This document shows, piece after piece, positions 1 through 13,399 of a stretch of 64,000 bases of DNA. The notes below the pieces were generated by a model, which ran no database searches, was not told the origin of the DNA, and saw only the letters and a program-made list of their open reading frames with translations. The translations under genes and the position numbers were made by a program. The stretch lies in the NCBI GenBank assembly GCA_964247055.1, contig OZ176055.1:5828001-5892000 (forward strand), written 5' to 3'. The first letter of the stretch is position 1. Each line of letters starts with the position of its first letter. This DNA is from Paragordius varius (taxonomy: Eukaryota; Animalia; Nematomorpha).

Positions 1-539
1 AGCTGGTCCAACTCTTGGGCTACATGATGATCAAATCCACATTTCTACTTTTACTTTTCTATTTGATAACTTATAATCAATCAAGAAGAGTAGTGTGGAA
101 AATATAGAATAAGAATTTATTTCATTTTTTAAAAAAATATTTAGTTAAACCATATTTATATCTTAAAATATACTTTGTACTGGCCTCATTAGAAGTAATG
201 ATATTGATATCCATGAAATAAATAAATATGATTTCATCGAAAATATGTAAAAATGTTAAAATTATTCTTTATAACAAAAAAATGACATGTTATAAGATGA
301 TATAGAAATCACAAAAGGACATTATACAAAAAACTTTATCATTATAGAAAAAAGGCGTTTAATATGTAAAACTATATTTTCGTTATTATTTATTTTGATA
401 AAACTTTCAACAATAATATACATTACTTATTACAATTTATTTATAATAAAATTAATTATAATGATCACATGTTCCAAAAATCTCATCTTAAATTATAAAT
501 TAAACATTATTTAATTCAAAAAATTCATTTTGTGTTTTA

Positions 540-3500
540 TTAGGAGTTGGTATTCGATTGCATTTTAGACAATTTTTCTATTCTACGACGTCGAATGACA
601 TCCGTTTCGTTTTGCTCGGACGTTTCAGACGCTATAAATAATAGATTTATTTTATAAAATATAAAATTTAAATATTTTAATTTTTAGTTGGAAAAGTATC
701 TTAATTTTACAAATAACATATCTATTTTTTTGTATAATATTAAAAAATTAATATAGTTTACTAATATTGCCGGTTGATAATTGTGGACTCGCTGAGGCGG
801 GTGACTGTTTCGAATGGGATGATCTAAACAAATATTTATTGATAAAATTTTTTTTAAATAAAATAAATAATAGAAGTTATTTTCAAAATAAAAAACGGTA
901 TAAAATTAATTTTATATAAAAAATTAAAGCCGTAAAAATATTTATTCATAAAAAATTGTGTGTTACAACAATTATGGCACATTTACTAAAATAATTATCT
1001 GGTTCGAACAAATAGTAAAAAGCATTACATACATGTACTTGTGAAAGTATGATAATATATTTTTTGGCTGTATAATATTGGTAAATTGAATTGATATTTA
1101 TACAATGTCATTATAAAAAATAAAAAAATATAGAAATTTTTTTAAATTAATTAGACAAAATTAGGCTTATTCCAATTAATATAATATATCTATTCAAATA
1201 ACCAACTTTTTAACTCAATAATCCTCTAAATATTTATATAAGCAATAAAATTAAAATGTTTTTACTCAAAACTAAGAGCGGAAAATGGGTTTTCAAGCGG
1301 TTTCATACCATTAGGAACATTGTTCTTACCATCTTCCAATTTGCTTTTATTCAAAGAATTTGCTTTTTCCTTGGAAACTTCATTGGGGTTTCCCTTTAAA
1401 GATATACCGTAAAATGTGTAATCATACATAAATATGTAAACTAAAAGACAACCAACCATACTTTTTAAATTTTAATATTTATTTACCATATAAACCATTC
1501 AATAACAATAATCGATCAATATTTAATTGGGTAATAGATTAAGGTTTCGAGGAGCTTTGAATATATAGTGCACAACCTTTTTTTGCTTAAGTTCCCGCTT
1601 CCCTCTCTCAAAAAAATAAAAATGCAAACTTATTATAATATTATAAATTCATAATTAATAAGATCTTGTAGCTGCGATTGATAAAATATTTTCTGCATAT
1701 CGGGGACAAATATTGATAAATTGCACCTGAAATCCTTATAAACTACAATTTGTTTCTAGTTATATTTTATAATTGAATTCTCCAAATTTTTCTGAGCCCT
1801 GGGCGTTGGCACCCTTTTTGAAATTGATATAGTAGGTTATGATTTCATATTCCTTTACTTTATTTTGCATCACAAAAGATGTTTATGTTTAAAAAATATC
1901 CCAAAGTTAAAAAATATGGTTGTCTATATTTGCGTTTTTTCTGTAAAAATTTCAATATTTACTGTAGGCTTGGGTTCAATATTTATAGTCCTAGGATAAT
2001 TTTGTACCCCTGTGATGTTTGCGGGTATGTGAGCAAGTGACATGTATTGAGTTAATTGAAGTACAGCGCTATCAAGCAGGCATTGGACATTGCGAAGAAT
2101 ACTTATACGGGATTGTAAGGCCGTGATTTCATTCGATTCACAAGCACGTAAAGTTTCGGCCTCAGACAATGGGACTAAATCAAAAATGGATTAAACGATT
2201 TTTATACATACATGATTATAATTAAGATCTCATTACATTTTATATCTGTATTATTACATGCCCAAAAAACAGAATAAAAAGGATTTAAATCGCTGCAAAA
2301 TCAATTGTAAACATCCGTCCTATATCATAATCAGAATAATAAGATTGACAGCTAATATATTCAAAAGAGCAAGAATATCCAAAATTAAAAATATACTTTA
2401 TAACTATAAATATTTAAAATCATTAAGACTTTATACAATTAAAAATGATACTGAGGTGAAATCAAAATTACATAAGATATAGTGTATTAACCCTTAAAAC
2501 TCCATTACCTGATGTAGTTGCTTTCAAGCTACCATCATCTTTTGTATCAGCAGTTTTATCAGCTATTCCTTGACTATTTTGGTCCTTATTTGGTAAATTC
2601 GATGAGTTTTGTTGCATTACAGAGTCCGTATTTAATTCTGACTGCGTACTATTAAAAGAAGTACCAGGAAAAGGAGGAATTGGTATAAAACCATTATATG
2701 ACATGGGAAAAAATGGTGGTGGAGGAGGGGGAGGTGGGGGTATAAAGGTGGTGCCTATTGGCACCGAATTCATGAAAGAGGAATTAGAGTTAAGATAGCC
2801 TACATTTCCATTAGTATTTCCATTTATGTTAAAATTTTGATCAAGATTAAATGGGTTAAAAGGGTATGGATGAGGTGCATTAGGAAAGTTATTGGTATAG
2901 TAGTTATTGGTAGGTGGAATAGTATTGTTTTGTAAATTATTAGTATTTGCATTTGCATTCATAGGGTTATTTGGATTATAAATAAATGTTGGTGGTCTCA
3001 TACCATTATTGACATTATTCAAGGTTGGAATTAGAAAATTAACATTATTAATGTTGTTTGGTTGTGGTGGTGGTGGTATAGGTAATTGATTATTAAGGTT
3101 ATTGCCAGCTGTAAATGCATTAACCTGATTCTGTGGTAAGTTATTAATATTTAGATTATTTAGGTTTGTAGGAAGAGTTATAGGAACTTTCAAAATATCC
3201 AAACGACAGGTAGGACAAGTTTGTTGGCGTTGAAACCAACCTCGGAGACATTGAGTGTGAAATATATGACCACAAGGCAATTTCTTGCAGGAGAGCGCTT
3301 GTTCGGACTTAACTTCTTCGCGACAAATTATGCATAGTATGGTGCCCTTTAATGCACCAACACCACCTATATGAGGTAGAGTTTTAAGATATTGATAATT
3401 ATATAAGACTGATATTTGGGTATAAAGACAAAAAAATTTTTTAAACTTGATTTTTTACCACAACTTATCGTTTTAGGCTGTAATAGATATGGAAGGGAAA

Positions 3501-6487
3501 TGTAAATTGGTAATCAAGAAATATCCAACAATTGTATCATTTAGATAGGATCAAAAAATGTTATTTTTAAATAAAAATATTAATCTAAGAGTTTTACCAT
3601 TTTGTCTTTATAATTATAATTTTTACTGCGAAAATACAAAAGAAAATAGAATTGGGAAAATACAAGAGGTTTAAATATATCATAAACTATACGATTTATA
3701 ATTTGATAGGCCTCAAGTAAAAACGGCTATACTATTTTTCAATTATATTTGACAATTAGTTGCTAATATAAGATATATTCATGGATAATATATAAAAATA
3801 ATTAATTTTGTACATTGATAAGTGGTTAATAAATTTTATAAAATAAATATTATATAAAATTAAAACCTGAATTGGTTCCGTTGGCAATATCATCGGCGCC
3901 TTTGGATTTCGAATCTTCTATATTGAGATAATAAAAATTTTAAATATTAAGTACCCTCCAAATAAATTAGTTCTAAAAGATATGATAAATAATTTCAAAA
4001 TAGAAAAAACTTGATCAATCGGTTTTGCACAACATGTGTAAATATATGGATGGATACAAGAAAAAAAGCTAATGTGTCTTAGACATTAAAATTTAATTTA
4101 AACATAGTAATGGTATTATGTTGCCACAACAAATATCTATACATTTATTTAGGAGAATTCATTAATCTCAAACATATGACAAATAAAAATCTTTTAAAAA
4201 GCCGGTCGTAAAACCAATTAATGACAAAAATAAAACACTTACATACATTTTTTTAGAAAAATTCATTAATCTCAAACATATAACAAATAAAAATCTTTTA
4301 AAAAGTCAATCGAAAATTCAATTCTTAAATACAAAATCAAAACTGTTTTTATATAAAAAGTGAAAAAAAAGCAATTATACTTGGCGTAATGTCAGGGAAA
4401 TCGTTCATAGGATGGGGTGGACCATACATTGTGTTCATGTAATGAATGGCCCGTCGCGATAGAATGGCATCCCGCAAACTGCGTTTGAACGCCTTAAAGG
4501 CCATATACATAGGCCGGACAGCGAACAAGGGAAAAGCGTGTAAACGCATCATAAGCCCCAAAAACGTTATGTAAAATGTAACACGGAAAAAATCTAAACA
4601 ATCAAAACAACCTTACTAAACCTTTCTATTTATAAAACAATAAGTTATAACTTTTACTTTAAGCCGAATCATGTTTTTAAATTGTGAAAAAACCCCTTAT
4701 CAATGTTACAATGAAATATATAATTATTAATGTTGTTACATGTTCTTAATGAAAAAGTCGTCAATTTTTTATGTACACTTCTTTGGCATATTCATCATCT
4801 AATGATTCCTTGTTATATAGTTTACAATATAGAGTTTACAGAACATCTTAAAACATAGAAAATCTGTTTTTCCAATATTTTAAAAATAAAATACCCCTCT
4901 AGGAAACAAAAAAAATATATTCTATATGCAAAAGTAAACTTACTCATAACTAATTCTAAGGCAAGTAAGTATGCGGCTTTTGCTTCCCATATACCTCCAC
5001 TTCCGCTTCCTGATGAAACAGCTGATCCAGGGGAAGTTCCAAAACGATCCACGAGATGTAACAAAAATTTAATGTGAATATTTATGGCCGTGAGAAATAA
5101 TATAGCGTACTGTGTGTAGCAAAAATTTTATAATATCTAAAAATTAGTTAATAAATATGTATAAAAGTTTTCAAAAAATTTAAAACTCCAATATAATGCG
5201 GTAAAACGGTATAGACGAAACTGCACGAAAAGAATTTGTCAATGCAAACGTATGCCTTTAAAACGGCATACAACTATTTAAGAGTCATCAAAAATTTATG
5301 GACCGCCTTACTTCCTCGGATATAATTTTTTTGATATTTTAATATTTTTTAATCAAAATGACTCTTACCTCAAATCCAAACACCAAATGTACGCTGGAAC
5401 CTTTGGTGACAGTGACGACATAGGCTTTGTGAATGAAATATGTGTCTATAACGGTCAATGTTACTACCAATGCTATTAAAAAATGAATGCATATATTGCA
5501 TATAAATAAAATTATTTTCAGTTGATTACAATAAATATTATGCAGTTAAATGCAATACCAATCATTCGTATCCTAAAGAGAAGCGATATAACGGGAATCC
5601 GATCCATCTAAACAAATATATTTAAAGCAAATATAATGTTGTATATTGCGTATACTGTAATTTGTTTTGTGACTCGGAGAGAAATTTAATTATCTAATAA
5701 TTTATATTTGATAGCCATAAAAAGCTTTTTGGGACCTATCAGGCATTATTCAAAAAATCAAAAATGTAAAATTATAAATACTAAAAAACAAATTTACAAA
5801 GACAAAAAAATTTAGTTTATAATTACGTTAAGCAATTTTAATGGAATTTAATCAGTTTTTATCATAAATAAAAATCTCTAAAGTTTGATGCCAAAAAATA
5901 TCTTATAAAAAAATATATGCAATTTAATAGAATGAAAATTATTTTGGTCAAACTATAAATATAAATAAAGTTAAAACCTTTAAAAAAATTAAATATAATA
6001 GCATAAAAATCATATAAGGAAATATATGTGCTTACAAAATCAACACGTTCCTCTCCTATCCAATGAAAACATTTGATTATCAGTAAAAGGACAAAAAGTG
6101 CAACAAATTTGGGAGTGAATTCTTCGCGAAATAACGTGAAAGCTAAGCAAGTTTCAGTGATAGCAAACCATCCTTTTTCCATTACATGCTAATAAATTTG
6201 AAAATATTATAACCATTATAATTTAATTAAAGAGAATTTCTACCTCTATTTCCGATGGCCTAAGAGATCCAAAATATACCGTTTTAATTAATTTGACTAA
6301 AGCTAATCCTAATATAAATATTTGTAGATATATTATCTAAAATATAACAAAATCAAACCGACAAATTTATGTTGGATTTAGATATATAAACCATAGCTGT
6401 AAAAAACTGTCCTTTCTGATAAAATGCATTTCCAATTACAAGCGAAGATATTAATAAACTTCCAAGAAATATCAGAATGCTTCTCAT
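540..6487 (-). CDS. SYVN1: E3 ubiquitin-protein ligase HRD1/synoviolin (ERAD), multi-exon, about 775 aa
   Basis: Phase-consistent exons 6487-6359, 6336-6244, 6188-6036, 5607-5559, 5472-5369, 5109-4944, 4593-4381, (3972-3955), 3917-3867, 3366-2509, 2174-1963, 1393-1266, 823-762, 631-540. Translation gives HRD1 hallmarks: MRSILIF...NAFYQKGQF...VYISKS...IYLQ, EKGWFAITETCLAFTLFREEF, FPLFAVRPMY...AILSRRAI, RING-H2 CIICREE...LPCGHIFH...WFQRQQTCPTC, LQSRISILRNVQCLLDSAVLQLTQY and C-terminal VIRRRRIEKL. Confidence 0.96.
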
Positions 6488-6761
6488 GGTTGAATTCAAA
6501 TTAATTTTGATCATTAAAAAGCTGGTATGATTTCATATGGGCTGTACTACGTATACGAATGAACGGTAAACCCTGATGTTTTTTAATTAACAACCTTTCT
6601 GGATACCTGAGGCACTCCTTATTTATGATTTATCCTCATGATTTGAACCATATGCGATAAGGCAGCTAATATATAAGCACTATGCACATATTTTACCTAT
6701 AGGGGATTTTTGGGTGTGTGCAAACACAAACACTCCTTTTACCCGAGATTTGATCTTTTAA

Positions 6762-7289
6762 CACTTGGATAGAACACATTCATTTTAGTCCTTCGATTCA
6801 AATTGGGGTAGTTAAATACCCCAGGCCTGTTTAAACTTAAATTGTTTTAAATATATGGAAGAAATCAAAACCATGGAAAAATTTGGCACCTATAAAACAT
6901 TAATAAACCAAAATATGTAAAAATTTTTATTGAAAAATACTTGATAATACCTATTTTAAGCTAAAACCGAAAAATAAAAATTTAGTCAACGTGACATGTG
7001 TGCATAAACCGCTTTTTCTATTTCTCTCAATGTTAGATGTAATTTAAATAAAATTTAGCTTTAATTTAACCCTTAAAATTAATTGAAGACAATATTAGAA
7101 AATTTTGTAAAATAAAAATGGCGTCGAAGTAGTTTGACATGGAACTTTTTTTTCAAAACAAAATTTTATTTGGATATTTTGGCATATTTATATAATTTTT
7201 ATTAGGATAGAAGCATTTTAAATTGGGACCGTTTCCTTCAGTAGTTTTTTTAAAATTCCTAACTCAAATTTAGTCTTTGAATCGAAGTG
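6762..7289 (+). mobile_element. TTAA-flanked piggyBac-type MITE, family 1, copy 1
   Basis: TTAA at 6758-6761 and 7290-7293. Ends are CACTTGGAT...ATCGAAGTG. Internal sequence is shared with the copies at 7720, 8333 and 24090. No ORF. Confidence 0.85.
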
Positions 7290-7719
7290 TTAAATGCATG
7301 GATATCAGCATGTGCTGATTAAATATATTTGAAATCAGCAAATTATAATCCTTATCAGACAATACACACATACTTGCGTTTAAATATACTTTGTCCAAAG
7401 CTAATTGAGGATGTTATGAAAATAGATCGTATATCAATCACTTCTTTTTGACAGAAACAGGTTTATTACAACCGGTATTTAAAACTACTGAATAAAAAAA
7501 GAAAAATCATAGTAAGTTTGGTGTGCATAGCTCTGAGTAGCTAATTAGTAATTTGGACCCGAATACATAAAATACCCTGATAATATGTACACCCAAAGTA
7601 TATTGATATAATCTATTTCTATATTTCAAGGGACTTAACTAAATATTTTTGGAGAAAGCTATATGTTCAAAACTAAATTTATAACGTTATTTTATGTCTC
7701 AAATTTTTGGCCTCTTTAA

Positions 7720-8273
7720 CACTTCGATTCAATTTAGGGTATCTAAATACCCTAGACCAAATTAAAATTAAATTTTAAAAAATATATTGAGGAAAAGGTC
7801 CTAAATTTATGCTTCTATACTAATAAAAATTATATAAATAAGCTAAAATATTTTAATAAAATTTCGTTTTGAAAAAAAGTTCCATGTCAAACTACTTGGA
7901 CGCCATTTTTATTATGCAAAATTTTTGCAAAATATCGTGTTCATTTATTTTTCAAGGTATTTAAAGCTAATTTTTTATTTAAATCACATATTATATTGAT
8001 ATAAATAGAAAAAGTGGTTTATTTTGTATTTTTTTAATTTAGTCAATACACACCTGTCACGTTGACTAAATTTTTACGTTTGGGTTTTATCTTAAAATAA
8101 GTAATATTAAGTATTTTTGAAACATGTTTTTTACATATTGTTTTAAGTTATATAACTGCAAAATTTTGGCATGGTTGCTTTTCCTTTAGATTATTTAATT
8201 TTAAACGGGCCTGGGGTATCCAACTACACCAATTTGAAACGAAGGACTATAATGAATGTGTTGTATTCAAGTG
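7720..8273 (-). mobile_element. piggyBac-type MITE family 1, copy 2 (inverted)
   Basis: TTAA at 7716-7719 and 8274-8277. Starts CACTTCGATTCAATTTAGGGTATCTAAATACCC, which is the reverse complement of the right end of copies 3 and 4. Internal sequence is the reverse complement of copy 1. Confidence 0.85.
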
Positions 8274-8332
8274 TTAAAATGCGATAATTAAAATGAACGC
8301 TAAATGGCCATATTTAGCGATAAATTTTTTAA

Positions 8333-8850
8333 CACTTGGCGATAACACATTTACAGTTTTTCGATTTAAATTGGGGTGGTTAAATACTTCAGACTTGCTT
8401 AAAAATAAATATTTCAAAATATATTGAATTATTTTAAATCATGGCAAAAGTTTTTACTTATATAACATTCATTAACCGAAAGAAAATATTCATTCAAAAA
8501 ACTCGATATTGCTTATTCAGAGGAAAAACCCAAAGGTAAAAATTTAGCCAATATCATAATATAATAAATCACTTTTTTTACAACAATGTTAAATATAATA
8601 ATATGGTACACTTAATTTTAGGCTTTATATCAAACAAACACGATATTTCGCAAAAATGTTGTAAAATAAAAATGGCTCCAAAATATACGGAACTTTTTTT
8701 TCAAAACTAAATTTTATTTAGATGTTTTGGCTTATTTATATAAAGTTAGAAGTATAAATTAAAATTAGGACCGTTTCTCTCAGCAGTTATTTTACAATGT
8801 CAACTTAAATATTGTCTGGGTATTTAGATACCCAGATTTAAATCGAAGTG
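8333..8850 (+). mobile_element. piggyBac-type MITE family 1, copy 3
   Basis: TTAA at 8329-8332 and 8851-8854. Ends are CACTTGGCGAT...GGGTATTTAGATACCCAGATTTAAATCGAAGTG. More diverged internally. Confidence 0.8.
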
Positions 8851-10184
8851 TTAATGCGCACTGCGTCCAAAAACGGAAGGTATAAAAATAACCTGATGAA
8901 ATGTATAACTGATAGGGAAATGCATATGTATGGCCTGTACGTGTGTAAGAAAGATTTAAACTTTTGTGGTAGTGCTCCATATTAGAGAATGAATGATGAA
9001 ATTTGTCACATTTCAAATATTTTTTTTGGGTGAAAATATGATATCATAAACTACTTATAAAACGCAAAATAATATTTTAAAAATATAATTTTTAGATGTC
9101 TTCAAAAGTTCCAAGTTTTTTCGCTTTTTTAAAATGGGCGTTCTCCCAATCAAAATTCTGAGATGGAAATGTTTCGCATCATCAATTATTTAAAAAGTGT
9201 TTTTCAATATGCCAAAGCGTTTATATACCTTTTCGATATGCCTCTATCTTGTGTGAAGTTCGCTTCAACAAAATTTCGTTAAAAAATAAATTTATGAAAA
9301 AAGTATGCATTATTAAAGAATATTTTTAGTTGATAACAAAATTTAGCATATATTTAAATTTTTATCGCGCAACAGCATTTGCGTTTAATTTAAGAAAACT
9401 AGCTTATTTTAGAAAAGCAAAAAGATTGGGAATTTCGGAGCCCTCTAAAAATTATGATTTTAATTTTATTTTGCTTTTTATATGTAGTTTATAAAAATTT
9501 TGGTGATATTTTTGGACGAAGCATTTGGCTTTTACCGATAATTCTTTTTTAAAAAATGTGCGATTTCCCATTTTTGAAATGGATCACATACCAGATACTA
9601 TAAATAACTTTCTTAGATCATTCGAAAGGGCCAAACCAAAAAACACCTGATGATCCTGATACATTATTCTATTGATAAATTCATTATGATATATTTTTGT
9701 GTACATTTTGTATAAGCTGTAAGCGGATACTTCTTTCATACATGAAGGCAATGGTAAAGCTTATATACGGATAAAAATAATGGTGTTAGGAACCAGATGG
9801 CTGAATCAATTCAATATTTGAAATAAAAAGCTAACCGATATGATTCTTTTGACTCATTTATTGAAACCATGTCAAAAAATAATTTAAACAGCGACGATAC
9901 CACAAAACTCGACGCATAATGTATGTGTCTCAATTATGATTTATGTGAAAAATATATATTTTAATTTGCAAAATATGGCCTAATCTGAAATTTTCGAAAA
10001 GTTAAAATATGGGTATTTGGAGGTGGGAAAATTTTGGAAAGGATGTATATCAAGACTTGTCCTCAGTAGTCAGGAGAATTATTTTTATACCTGTAGCAGA
10101 GCGGAAAGATATTTTTCTTATCAAAAATATGTACATATTTTACACAAAAACCGTTTAGGTTCAAATCATTGAAACAAATTATGG

Positions 10185-10187
<3 letters not shown>

Positions 10188-10227
<40 letters not shown>
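10188..10227. repeat. (TA)n microsatellite
   Basis: Pure TA run. Similar runs occur near 12278, 15763, 21218, 25990, 26363, 36045, 40746, 47863 and 54964. Confidence 0.95.
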
Positions 10228-10228
<1 letters not shown>

Positions 10229-13200
10229 CTTACGGCATAATGATGACACAACTATCAGTGATGAAGATGAGTATGAAATCATTGATTAATTTTTTGAATT
10301 TATAATTTTAATAAATTATGGGTGAATAGAGGAGGCCATTACAAATGGCTTCGCAGGCCAAAATTTTAACACAAAAAAACCGACATTCCGCATATAAATA
10401 TATACGGTCTTTCCTATATATTATTGGATTTTAAACGTAAGACTCTAAATGCAAACAATTAAACAATTTTTCTATTTTGTTGCCAAATGGAAAGACTTAT
10501 TCTAAATAATTGGTCAAAAATATTAATTTAAGTAATATTAAATGACCATATTTATTGAAATGAATTTCCAATTTTTTCACTGGCCGCGTCTAGAACACCT
10601 CTGGACTAGAGCAAATATGTATTTAGCTATAGTAAATTCCATAATCGACAGTTTTATCTTTTCGCTAAATTTAAATCTTGTGTTGGGTTAAATTTAATTC
10701 TTAACGGAAGTCTTATCGTTTGGCCCTGATTTAGGACCTTCAATAAAGCCATATGTGTGATATTAGGAAAGATGGTTTTAATAAATTTTAAATTATCAGT
10801 GTATTAGTGCTATATGAACCTAAAATTTGGTTTGAAAAAGGGGGTCAAAATCACAACTCCAAATGCGACTAACATAAATACGTATTAAATTCTAATATCA
10901 TAGATTTTTTTAAAGTATATAAAATATCTATGGGGTAGACTACCTTTAAAAATAATTAAGTGTCAAAAACAATGGGAATATTATTTTAAATTGCGAGTTC
11001 CATATATTAAATAGCGCGAGAGCTTGCATTATGCATGAATATTTTATAATTATTAACTAGAATTGATATTACTGAGATTACCAAATTATATGCAATCTTA
11101 CAGTTATTCTATTAATGCAAAATATTGTTTCTAAATATACCATAATCCACTTAAAATATCGTATTGTAAGATTTTGGGAAACATATAAATGTCTAAATAA
11201 TTCACAAATGGTTTATAAAAGAACGCCGATTCCTTTAGGTCTCATAGTAAAAATTATTTAAACCAAATAAAAAAAGATTTGCCTCTTTTCATGTAAAAGA
11301 GACAAAAGCAACCTTCTCTCTGGATATTGTCATCAATACAGTGTTTGATTATAAAATTAATATTATTGTCATATCTAAAGGTTTGGAACCTGTTTAACTT
11401 TTCTTTAAAATTATATACAGACAAACTGGGTTCCTTTTAAAAAAATAAATGCTATCTTATTAAGGTCATAATGGTATATATTTCTAATTTTGATTCAGAA
11501 TTAAATATTGAAAATCGACAACCGTTTAATAATGTGCAATTTTTTACTAATTTATTAATTTGACCACCTAAATATTTAACATTACAAAAATGATGATATA
11601 AGTTACAAATTATTTTAAAAATGTATGAAAAGGGCTAAACCGATTCGATCCCATAGCTGTTTTGTTGATATATTTGCCCAAAAACTGTTGGATAAATCCA
11701 ATATAAAAATAGTAAATGGAAGAAAAATTTTAAAGTGAAAATTATTTCGTCTATGTTATGTTAAATAACTTATTTGTTTTTGTTAACTTAACTCAATTGA
11801 TCTTATATTAGTTAGCTTATGAATATATAATATTATCCTTCTCTCTTACCTTAGTGCATAATACACCTTTGTCCTTGTTACGCCTAAAAATGTATATTAT
11901 CTTGATTGTAAATGCTTTCACCTAAATACTGTAATATTGAACCTGATGCAAATATATAACTTGGTTGTGAATGCTTTCATCTAAATATTGAAATATTTAA
12001 CCTTATGCAAAACTGCAACCTTACTCTAAAACTATATATAATGCAATATATTTTATACACGATATGTATTATGCTATAATAAATTCTTTTTTCGCTTATT
12101 ACAGTCTATTAGGGACAAAAGAATATTTTTAACTTTATTTTTTATCTAAAATATGTAATGCTAAAAAACGAAAGATTTTATTTATAGTGTGCTTCTTCCG
12201 TATATCATAGTTAGGTTATGTCAGGATGAATTTTAAATATACGATTAAAAACCTTATTATACTCGCACTTTTCAAGTATATATATATATATATATATAAT
12301 AATAATATTGAGATGCAATAATTTATTCTTTATTTACAAAGACAGGATTAACTGATAATTCATATTCTTCATCTAAATAAATATAGGTATATCATTGTTT
12401 ATATTATAAACTGATGAAAATGAATAAAAGAGTTATAAAATTATCACTTCTATACATACAAGTCTAGTCAATTACCCTAATCCTATTAGGTTTGTTCAAA
12501 AACTGTGGCATCCTCATTATCTAGAATGCCTCTATTTAGACTGCCACTCTGGAGAAAAAAATAATTGCGACAATTCTTGACAATTAACTCTTATATTCCA
12601 CAATTATGCCAATCGTATTGAATGGTTCAAACACGATTTAATATTTAAAAGTTATATTAAAGATAGTGCACCCGATTAATTTTGACTAAGTGATAGCAAC
12701 ACATGATATTATATAACAAATAAAGTAAAATTAATATCTATTTAGGGTATGGAGAAAAGACGACGACATTTTTCCATATATTTATAACAGTATTATCATT
12801 TCCCGCAGTGTAAAATTAAAATTTTGGTAAAACGGAAAAAAATTAGTTATATTAATAAAAAAGCGTCACTAAACTGTATTAATGATAAAAATAAGAAACC
12901 ATGATGGTATATTAGGTTTACTCTTACACTCTATGTATAGAGCGGAGGAAATCGAATCTCGAAACGATTCTATTTTCCCATCATCACTGTCAACCCTGGG
13001 CAGGCAAGTTTTAAAACTTTTTAGTCCTGATGCAATTAAAAAAAATAAAAGAAAAAAGAAACGACAAACGGTTAATTAATAATAAATATGAAGGAAAAGC
13101 GGTATTCTTTTATTAATAATGTCTGTTTCTTTTATAAAGGTATATGTATGAATTATAAATGAAACCCCTTACCCTTATAAACAGGGATAAAATGAGAGTT

Positions 13201-13399
13201 TTCGGCGCTTGGTACTTGAACGCTTGATGGTACACCTTCTATATTAAATAAATAGAAAACTGTAAAAGTATCTGAAAACAATAGAATAATATTGTTAATT
13301 GAACGCGTTGAAGTTAAATGATCTCTCCTTTATATAGTAATTTATTCCTAAATGTAAAGGAAATATATTAAATGTGAAAGCACTCCTTAGCTTATGGTA

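Noticed and set aside
4156-4320. ~50-bp direct repeat in an HRD1 intron (also a ~58-bp tandem pair at about 11890-12010)
   Set aside because: Only two units each, with no spacer-repeat periodicity. These are ordinary local duplications, not CRISPR-like.
6359-6391. Alternative 55-nt first intron of HRD1
   Set aside because: Not preferred because it removes VYISKSNINLS, which matches the conserved HRD1 segment. It is kept as the test alternative in the findings.
10236-10288. Frame reading DDTTISDEDEYEIID* resembling a terminal exon
   Set aside because: No splice acceptor upstream (only a TA run) and no partner exons were found.
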